NCBI RefSeq assembly: GCF_006345805.1
Contig: NC_043002.1
Coordinates: forward strand, 3,410,001 to 3,474,000
DNA length: 64,000 nucleotides
Direction: 5' to 3'
Origin: Octopus sinensis
Taxonomy: Eukaryota
Part shown: positions 26,401-37,400 of the stretch, piece after piece
Numbering within the stretch: the stretch's first letter is position 1
How the letters are laid out: the number at the start of each line of letters is the position of its first letter
Notes under the pieces: generated by a model
Seen by the model: the letters and a program-made list of their open reading frames with translations, nothing else
The model's database searches: none
What the model was told of the DNA's origin: nothing
Made by a program: the position numbers and the translations under genes

Positions 26401-29400
26401 ATTTTGTCTTGAGTTATGTAATAAAAACTAAATGGTTTCCTTTATGTATGATTAAAAGATTAAACAAGTTTTGTAATTTGTTTGAAATATTTTTAAGCGG
26501 ACCTTTAAGCAATACAGATGAGAAGTTAGGCAAAATCTGTCAGGTGATGTCAATGAATAAAGACAGAGACAAGACATCACTCTATGTTGAATGCTTCTTT
26601 TACATTTTGGGGAAGCATTTCCTTTAGCAAATATAAGACAGTGGTTCATACTTCATTCTGGTGTGTTATGTTTCTTTCCTGGGATATAACTGAAGCATTA
26701 AACAATCTACATAGAGTGATATAGCATCATGTCTTTATTTATTGACATCGTTTTACATACTTTGTCCAACTTATCTGTATTGTTTAAAGGTTTTCTTAAA
26801 TAATACTTATATCAATTAATAATCTATGTAACTATTTTCTCATACTGAACTTTTGATAAATTTTTATAGCAATAATACTTCAAATATATTTTCAATGAAA
26901 AGTATTGAAATTTTTTATAGAGTTAGATATAATTCAAAGATAGTGAAATTTTGATGCCAAAACAATAAATCAATAATATTTATTAATTAACAACATTTTA
27001 CAAAATATATGTATTTATGTTTGTGGTTTTAAATATATAATTCAGTTACTTTTTTTTAGTTTAAATCTGGCTGGGGTTGATAAAATAAATACCAGAAATA
27101 TATCGATTGCTTGCATTAATATTGATAATTATTTTTTATAACGATCATACTTTTATCAGTTTTAATTTTTCCTGAGAAAACGTTTGGCAATTTTTACGTA
27201 GAATGCTGTTTGGTGATAATTTCTGTTGAACATTATATCATGACGTTGTTTACAAGGATTGTTATAAATTCAAAAAGATGCAAAATAATCAAGTTTTATT
27301 TCTTCAAATTATAACTGTCTATTGACTCTTAACTTCCTGTAAGACCTAATAGCATTTGGGGACTCTGTCGGTCAACTACTCCTGAAACACAGGATGTCAC
27401 AAGATTCATACTAACCTTGTTCACATTCATTTTGAAGGGAGTAAGGAACTCTCTAATGCAAGGGAGAAAACTTTACTCTCTTCCCCTGTTAATTTATTGT
27501 TCTGTAATGGCATTATTACAGGAATGGGGCTTTCAAGAGGATGTTGTTTAGAATTAAAATAATTAGTTTTACTGTAATTACCCTTTAAAGAAGTGGTTCC
27601 CAACATGGGGCCTGAGAAAATTGTGGCAGGGCATGGTGCTGTGGTCACCAGGCACAAGTTTCACTTTTTTTTCTTAATCAATAATGCACTTTTTTTGTTT
27701 ATACTCAATACTTAATAAAAGAGTTAATGATAGTCTTTTACAGTAAATAATTGTGGTAAAATATTAAAAATAAAGTTGTTTTTTTTCCCCAACCACTGGT
27801 GGGGGCATACATTTTCCTGGAAAGTTATTGTGAAGCCTGGGGAAAATAGGTTAGGAAATAGCTTCATCTTCAAACCTTCCTTCTTAATCTTAATACTTCA
27901 TAGTGTTGCAAGAGAGGTTTGGTTTGCTTATCTGACTGGATGCTGATGATCTGGTGTCGTATTTTAGAATGGTTAACAACCAGAGAAAATCCTTGGAAGG
28001 GTAGACTTGTGTTGCTAGTTCCTAATTAGTTAATTAGTTTCCGGGACAATAAGGAGGAATTACAACTGTGTTTCGTGGTCTGCTACCACAACAGCTCCTT
28101 TATAGGATCCAGTTAGCTCAAGACATCATCAGGAGGAACCACGTCCAGTTTCGGCCCCTACTCCTCTACCGTTTTGATGTGGCGTGCCCCCCCCTTTCGG
28201 AGGTGTCTTCAGCTCTGGTGTTGGGTGCATGTCTTCTTTCTTCTGTTCCCTGGCCTCTTTGGTGTAAGCGTCAACGAGTGTCAGCCGGTGACTGACTGAC
28301 TTGTCAAATTTTTTCCCTTTAAATACTTGCTGCTAGGCTCCAGCAGGCAGCCCCAGCAAGTTGTCACGTGACACTGTCTCAACTTTAACTGACCAATGAA
28401 GGTGCATAGTCTTAGCCCGCACATTCTCTAAACGACCGTCACCTGTCAGTCAGCGAAGTTAATTCAGTGTCAGCTTGTCTCACCTAGAGATGTTATTTCC
28501 TACCGGCATATTATGACTTTCAAGCCATTTTTGGTCTTCCTGCTTCAGCCATATAAAGGTGTAATCTCTAAAAAAAGAAATGGTTTTGTTAGGAATACAA
28601 GAAAGAAGGAAAAACAAGAATTTACTGTTTTACATTTCATGCAAACAATGCACAAGTGGTGCACTTCACTTAGATGCACTTCACTGCATAATAATAATCT
28701 GAGAGCCCAAGTTTCTTTCAATGTAGTGAAGTATTGTTGCTTAAATGGTAAACTTAGAATTCCAGCTGTGACTATGACCTGCAGATGGAAAGTTTAGACA
28801 AGTGTTATTCTTGTTGACATTTGGTTGAGATTTCTGTGAATCTTATGCTGCACAACAGTGGTAGTGAGTGGGCATAGTATATGCTACAGCAGTTGCATAA
28901 CAGCAGCTTCTTGCAAGGCCTGTTTTGTTGGTGTCAACAGTTATTGCAGAGGGAGAGAGTGATGTATGGAGGGGGGGAGTTGTTATCTCTGGGGTCCGTT
29001 ATGTTGAATCTGTTACTGTTGTCTTTACTATAGATTATATAAACTTGAAGCTATTTCTTTCTCTACTGACAACTCCAACATCAGTCTGGGTGGGTATAAG
29101 GATGGAAACACTCCGTCGGTTACGACGATGAGGGTTCCGGTTGATCCGATCAACGGAACAGCCTGCTCGTGAAATTAACGTGTAAGTGGCTGAGCACTCC
29201 ACAGACACGTGTATCCTTAACGTAGTTCTCGGGGATATTCAGTGTGACACAGAGTGACAAGGCCGGCCCTTTGAAATACAGGTACAACAGAAACAGGAAG
29301 TAAGAGTGAGAGAAAGTTGTGATGAAAGAGTACAGCAGGGATCACCACCATCCCCTGTCGGAGCCTCGTGGAGCTTTTAGGTGTTTTCACTCAATAAACA

Positions 29401-32400
29401 CTCACAACGCCCGGTCTGGGAATCGAAACCGCGATCCTATGACCGCGAGTCTGCTGCCCTAACCACTGGGTCATTGCGCCTCCAAGGGTGTGTATATATT
29501 ACATTTGGAAACAAAGTATAACAAGACTCTATCATTCTATCTCCAAGAACAATTATTAGGAAGAAAAATTTACCATTTTGGGTGGGTGAGCAGTGTTCAT
29601 TCGGTGGGCCCGGAATATACATTCCTGATAACCAGGTGACTGCCCTAATTAGTTGTACATGTTAGGTGGGAGTGAATTGTTTCTGTTGCAAAGATAGATC
29701 ACAAGAAAAGAAATCCGATATGGCAACTTTGGTGACCATCACAAGTGAGATGATAAAGGACGAAGAAGCATTGTAAGATGCAGTCTTGCTCTCCAATACA
29801 ACCCATATCAGAATGGTAAAACTTGCCATAGAAAGGGAATAATGTTAACATTACAATTAAATTTTAATTTTATAATAAATTTATAAATTTTAAGTTGTTT
29901 ATATATATATAATATGCTCACAATAATTTGTGGTGTGTATAAAATAGCTGACACTTTTTATACATATATATATAGATATCTTTTTTTTCTTATCAGAAGA
30001 CAAATTTTCGGCACCAATTATTGTTGGTAGGTATTGAGTTGAAGCTTCAAGCATGGTGTTCTCCTACTTAAAAAAAACCTATTTTGTGTAGTTTTTTTTT
30101 TTTTTGTAAACTGATTAATTTTGCAGCTGTTTCTTGTCAAAGATTTTGGGCTTATCTAGTAATCTTAGAAAACTTAAAATGGTTTTATCATAAGTTTAAT
30201 TATGCATGCAAATATTTTTAATCACTTAAAATCTTGATGACTTTAAAATTACATTTCATATTAATATTACAACAAAAAGCGAGTAGAACACACACACACT
30301 CACTCACTGCTTTTTAAAAAAAAAATGTAGTCAAGATTGTTCCACTAAGAATGTTTGTGAAGAATGTTTGTCTTATTCAACAGAATTGATGTTTCTGTGG
30401 GTTTGCAATAATACTTTTATTAATTATAGTAATGGTGTCATTATCGTTACTGTGCTGTCATATGTAATTTTCTTTATCAATTTCTGATGTTTCGTGTTAG
30501 TTAACAGTGATCCGTTTTATCAATGAAGTCTTTAATCATAAGTCTTTAATCAGCACCCATTTGTGACATTTGATTAACATCTCATTTTCCTTAATAACCT
30601 AGTCTTCAGTGAGCAACAGCTGCATATTTATTTAAGTAAAAGTGGGTCTAAGTTTCACAGCATTTATTTTATGTCTGTTTTTTCCATACTAGCACGGGTT
30701 AGATGAATATATTATTGAAGCGTTGTTTTATAGGCCAAAAGAACTGACAAAAGCAACACCCTTTCATAGCTCACAACTCAAAGAGCACAAATGTAAGCAC
30801 AAGCCTACACATATATGATGGGCTTCTTTCAGTTTCCTTCTATCAAATCCGCTCACAAGACTCATGCCCAAGGTGCCGCACAGTGGAAACGAACCCTTTG
30901 TTGTTTAACCTTTTGCATAGCATCTCTCTGTAGGTTTTCACTAATTTTTTGCTGTTGTTTTTTTTACACTTTCTTGTCAATAGTGTCAACATTCTGAGAC
31001 TAAACTTTGATCTGCTTTTTCTTTTGCTTTCATTGGACTGCATTCATGTGTGCAATGTAAAAGGTTTTACTCAAACATATCAATATCTGGTGCTTAATAG
31101 TCTCTGTTTGTTATACTGCTAAGTTACAGCACAAACAAAACCAGAACTCTTTTACAAAGCAATGTCAACATCAGATATATATTTCTTTATTGCCCACAGG
31201 TGGCTAAGCACAGAGGGGACAAACAAGGACAGACAAAGGGATTAAGTCGATTACATTGACTCAGAACGTAATGGCAGATGAAATGCCGCTAAGCATTTTG
31301 CCCGATGTGCTAACGATTCTGTCAGCTCACCGTCAACATGCAGATATAGAGACATACATACAAACACATATGCTCAAAAATACACATACACAAATATGCA
31401 CATACATGTACAAACACATGCACTCACGTGTGTGTGTGTGTATGCCTCTCTCCTCGCGACTGCTGCAGCCCAACACTGCTCTCTTAATTCTCTTTCTCTC
31501 TCTCCTGTCCTCCCTCTGCCGACTGTATCATTACTGTCACTTCTTTCCTATCTTTATATACCTGGTGCCAGTGACATGTAAAAAGTACCATCCAAAAGTG
31601 GCCGATGCCAGTGTCCCCTGACTAGCTCCAGTGCCGGTGGCACATAAAAAGCACTATCTGAATGCGGTCGAGGCCAGGGCTGCCTGACTGGCTCCTGTGC
31701 CAGTGGCACATAAAAAGCACTATCCAAACGTGATCGATGCCAGGCCTGCCTGACTGGCTCCTGTGCCGATGGCACATAAAAAGCACCCCCTACACTCTTG
31801 GAGTGGTTGGCATCCAGCTGTAAAAACATTGCCAGATCAGATTGGAGCCTGGTGCAGCCATCTGGTTCACCAGTCCTCAGTCAAACCGTCCAACCCATGC
31901 CATGATGGAAAACAAACGTTAAATGATGATTTCATCCCTCCCTGCATTCCTCACTCCCTTTTGTACCTCCATGAGCTCCTTACTCATACACCCTGAACAA
32001 TCCTCTTCCATTCCATTTATATTCGCATCCTTTTACCTCAAGAGCACATCCTGGCACATTGTCACCATTTCTTTCGCTGTCCCTTACTCTTCCTATCTCT
32101 CTCTCTCTCTCTCTCTCCAACTGGGGTAACCATGCATCTCCTCTAGAGCATGATACCTGTTTCTGTGCCCCTATCCTAGTTTAAGATCTCATCTCCTGGC
32201 ACAAAGCCACATTTCCTTCAATACCACTTACCATCTTAGCTGAGCGATCTTTGTCTTGCAGGTCTTGTGGTCACCAGTGCCAGTGCCAGGTGCCACTTCA
32301 CTCTGCACCCAACCACATATTTTACTTAATTTATTTCAATTTCCTTTGTAAATGGAAATGAATGTATGCTGTTTCTCTTCTGTAGACGTAGGAAGAACTC

Positions 32401-34373
32401 CCCTTCTGCTATGCCCAGGGGGTTTGGGGTTTGCTCTCATTTCCTGACCTCAATTTTGTGTTTTTTATTGCTTCTGTAGTAAAAAATGGATAAAGCAGCT
32501 GCTCCATGCAGTTTAAACAAAAAAATTATCTTTAAAGAGTTTGTTTTACCAAACTGGTTTCTGTAACTGATGCTGTGTCTATTTTGCATGATGATAATTA
32601 CAATTAATTAGTTGTTAACGACTGGTATTTTTGTTTAGTTTGGGTTTGTTTTTGATCAATTTATATTTTGGCATTTACTGCCATTGTTTTTCATCAGTTT
32701 TTCCTGCAAAAATGTCTCTTATGACTCTGTAAAATATTTCATTCGTGTTTGTCCATTTGTCAAGTGAAACCAAACTGTGGCATTTTTTCAAAGTCATTTT
32801 GGCGTCTAAATGGGTCTGATGATGATGATGATTATTTCTTTTTGGTGAAGCAGTTTGGAGAGAAGAGACACCGAGGCAGTCCTTCAGCTGTTTGCAATTA
32901 TAAGGGGATTAAGAATCCTTGCTCTAAGATATTTCCTTTTCTGATTTCAGATTTTCTTGTTCTTTTGTTACACCATCAAATTCCTCTTCATTTAGAAACT
33001 GGATTCTTGGTATTATAAACTCAAATTGCAGCTAAAATCAATTTACAAAAAGGAAAATTTAGAAATTATTTTCTGAAAGTAGAGATTTTTGTGAATATTT
33101 TCTCTCTAAAATTGCGTGGCAATTTTGATGGATAGAATTTCTTTAACAAAATTTTCATTAATACTTTTGTCACCATGTTTCTGTTCAAATGCACCGTATT
33201 TGTTTCAATTTTGAAAATAACGAAGAATTGAAATAACTTTACCATTTTTTTAGCTGCTGTTTGAAAAATGAATTAGCATGAAATTTCTGTAGATTTTAAT
33301 TTAGATCAAGTTTTGAACAGGAAGTTTTTATCATAAAAACCGGGGCAGCACCAGGCAGGTTGGTATCAAAAATTATCAAAACTGTTTCATTTCATTTCAT
33401 TTCATTTGGGTTTGAGTCCATGCTCAGGCCAAGTCGAAGACTCCAGACATGTGTAGGAGCGAGTTTGAGTCAGTTTGTGCTCGTTGTGTATATCCTGTTA
33501 ATTGGAATTCTAAATTAGTTTTCATAATTTAGTTTATCTTTTAAAATTCTTTTTGCTAGAATACCTTTTGGTACAAAATGTGACACAGTACATTCTTCTA
33601 TTTTACTCCAGTTTGACAACTTTGTGACCAATAGAACCAATTCTGTTTTGGTCTTGTCAGTTCTTATTTAGTTTCACTGAATATTGGAACCTAAAGCTTA
33701 AACTTCAATTTGTTTGCAAATCTGTATTTTTTTTTTTTTTCTTTTGAGGAGACCTTTTGAGTGAAGTACATCAACATCAAAATAAAATAAAATCACAATC
33801 AAATGGGAATTGTAGTTGTGGTTCCTGTGCCGGTGGCACGTAAGAAAGACACCATCTGATTGTGGTCGATGCCAGCCCCCTCGCCCTGACAGGCTTCTGT
33901 GCTGGTGGCATGTAAAAAGTACCATCTGAATGTGGCCGATGCCCGCACCACCTTGACTGGCTCCTGTGCCAGTGGTACATAAAAAGCATCATCCGATCGT
34001 GGTCGATGCCAGCCTCCTCTGGCCCCTGGGTCGGTGGCACATAAAAAGCACCCACTATACTAACGGAGTGGTTGGCATTAGGAAGGGCATCCAGTTGTAG
34101 AAACATTGCCAGATCAGACTGGTGCAGCCTCTTTGCTTTCCAGACCCCAGTCGAACCATCCAACCCACGCCAGCATGGAAAACGGATGCTAAATGATGAT
34201 GATGATGATATTATAGAACAATGTTGTCCTGGTAGTTAATATTTTTAATTAACCAAACCTGTAAATTAGGTTGTTGTGCTAACGAGAAGTTATCTTTGTT
34301 TTGTAATTCAAGAATATACAAACAGGACCTAAGAGTTAAGAACTTTTTTCTATCAGTAGTTGGCTTTGTGCTT

Positions 34374-34420
<47 letters not shown>

Positions 34421-37400
34421 AATTATTATTATTATTATTATTAAACTCTTCTCACTCTTCATGGCAGAAGTAGAGACAAGGAGAGAGTAAATATAAAACT
34501 CAATGATGGAATTCTTTCTTGATTTAGAAATTTGTTTAAATTTATGAAAGACAAACATTTCGTTAGACAAGGCACCAGTCTTTCCAGATTAACTTTACCA
34601 GAAAGTCTGTTATATATTGCCAACAAACTTTAATCAACTCAGTCATTTTGGATAGAAAATGTTTCATATCAATTTTATAAAGTTAATAACAATTTTCTGT
34701 TTTGGTGATTTTTTTAAAATCCAAAACTGGTATCTTCCATCAGCATAGCCATGGGAGTCTCAGAGACAGCAAGTATTTAGCTGTAGTGGATGGAGTGCCT
34801 GCCATGAACTAAGAAAACGTTGGGCTGGCACCATTAATTTAGTCACTTGGGTAAAAATGAATTCTATGGAAGATGTTTTCAAATGTTTTTGAATAAAGAT
34901 TTCTTATGCCTGCTACCTCCCTAACGTCTTGAAAAATGGCTGAGGAGGTACCAATTAGTATTCCATCAAGATTCATTTAAGAACCAAATTAATTTTTGGA
35001 TACTGACAGGAATCTTTAGTAGGTATTGAAGGAAATATTGTTAGGAAGGAAGACGTTCTCAAAGATTTTAAATTGGGGAAAAAGGACTTTGATATATTTC
35101 ATTCTTGAAAGAATTAAATATTTTTGTTTTAGAAGAGACTAGCTGCACTTGAGATGTTTCTGTTGGTAAAATGGAATAATTAAAAAAAAAAATAGCATTA
35201 GACTTGAAGTAAATTACTTTCTGACTTTAGTTTATTAAAGAGAAGAACAGGTTTGTTTCTTTACCCATAATTGCCCAATTCTAAAAGATAGCGGTTCTCA
35301 ACTGTGGCTCCCAGAGCCACATGCATTCTTCCAGCAGCCCTTGATGGTCTTCCATCTATAAATAGATTTTTCTTTAATTGACTTGTTTTATTTTTCTTTG
35401 GTGTACCCCCCAAAATAATCCAGGTTTTGGATCTAGCCCAGATATTAAAAAGGTTGAGAACCCTTACTCAAAGATGTATGGACCTTATAGGTATTTTTGT
35501 AAGGAAGAAATATTTGGAAACAGCAAAGGTTTTCATATGAATAGGAATGAAAAGAAAACTGCAAGGACCATACAGGTAAATATACCAGGTAATAATCTTG
35601 GTAAACATACCAGGAGCATCAGGTAAATATATCAAGTAGATACCTTCTCTCACAGAATCTATATAACATGTTTATTTTTTTTAATCGATTGCAATATCCT
35701 TTTGTCAACTGAAATATTTTTGTGAGCAACTTTCAATGTCTGTCACAGAGACTGGTTTTAATTACAAAGACAAAAACGTTAGTCATCCAAATGGTAAAAG
35801 ACTATCTGGACTTGTTTCATATCAATCTCATTAAAATATTTCAAATACTTAATTACAGACTAAATTATCTTGGATGTTGTTAAGTCTTTAATTATATTAA
35901 TTAATATTAGTCTGATAAAGAGATCTGTCTCTCTATTGATTTTAATTTCTTGTGACATAAACTATGTAAATTGTAACTCATTAGAATACATAATTATTGC
36001 CTCCTCCGTGTTAATAAAATTATTGTTATTAAAGTGGCGAGCTGGCAGAATAGTTAGCATATTGTACAAAATGTTTACAATCATTTTGTCCGTCTTTACA
36101 ATCTGAGTTCAAATTCTACCGAGATTGACTTTGCCTTTCAAGGTTGATGGGAGAAGTACCAATTGAGCCCTGGAATTGGTACTAAAATTTCTCCTAAAAT
36201 TTCAGGCCTTGTACTTAGGGTAGAAAAAATTATTGAGGTGAGCAGCATCTCAGAAAACCTAGTTAAATGTCTGGTTATTTCACAGACATTAAAGAAAACA
36301 CCATGAACATCACTCTACATTTCTCTTTGGTTAAAATTCTCAGACTTTTTTTTTTAGAAATACTAAACAATGGAGAGGGGGAAAATGGTAAAGCACTGGC
36401 CTAAATACCATGCAACATTGAGTTTTTGAATTTAAATCTTAAAGAGGGTAACTTTCTTTTATCCATTATGGTTTCATAAAGTAGCTGTTATTATTTTTAC
36501 CTTCACCTATGTAATATATATATCCTAACTTATTATAATTTAAAGTAAAATCATAAATTTTAATTGTAATCTTTGGTTGAACTTGTTTTCAATCTTGTCT
36601 TTCAGTCCTGGATTTGTGAGGTAAAAAGTTAAACAAAAAATTTAGTTTTCTAAGAAGTAAAATTCTAAAGTCAACATTATTTCAGATTTTATAATTTTGT
36701 GATAGGAATATTAAACAAACCAATTTCAGTTTTTAAAAAATTTACTGTTTACTTTTTAAATGCTAGAAATAAGTTAATTATCATTTCCTATTTTATGAAT
36801 TCATTTATTGAATATTTTAATTGAATTTGTTTTCACTTAAATTACAGATTCTTCTTATGGTACTCAAGAAGCCATATTTTATGAAATTTATTAAACTAAT
36901 TGCTTTCTTTCTTTTTTTTTATTATAATGATGCTTTTTGTTTTATAATTTATGTACAGTGCTTTGTTTTTTTGTTTGTGTCTTCCATCATTGAATTAATT
37001 AATAAACTATTGATTGGCTTTTATATTGAAAGAATAATAATTTCTAAAAGCAAGTCAGTGATATTAATGAAAACTAATCAGTGAAAATTCTTGTTTCCTT
37101 TCTTTAATTTATGTAAAAATCTTTGCAAGATGTATTTTTAATGGAAATATAAAATTCTTTTATGTTGTTTTTTTTATCATTGAACGATGCCATTGTTGTT
37201 GTTTGGCTTCAGGTTGTCCTAATCAAGTTGACAATCTAAGTCATCCTATCTTTTTCCCAGGTACACTGAATCCAGGAGACCACCTTATCCAACGTGGCCC
37301 CTTTTTTTTTTCCTTTCCTCTAAGATGTTAGGGCATGGTATTTAACAATTATTTCTAGCCACCTGAACTACCACAGAGAGGTTTCTTCATTGGGCTGGCG

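Noticed and set aside
28115-28160. Minus-strand GAAAC...CTGATGA as a type II hammerhead
   Set aside because: No stem I can form between the putative cleavage site and CTGATGA
29400-29483. tRNA gene
   Set aside because: The tRNA-like head runs into a SINE body that has a second copy at 41.6 kb, and I found no complete acceptor stem; the same applies to the family A and B heads
32386-32421. Other AG...GT segments of phase-compatible length (32386-32421, 35010-35018)
   Set aside because: Weak donor or pyrimidine tract and no similarity to the exon families; expected by chance
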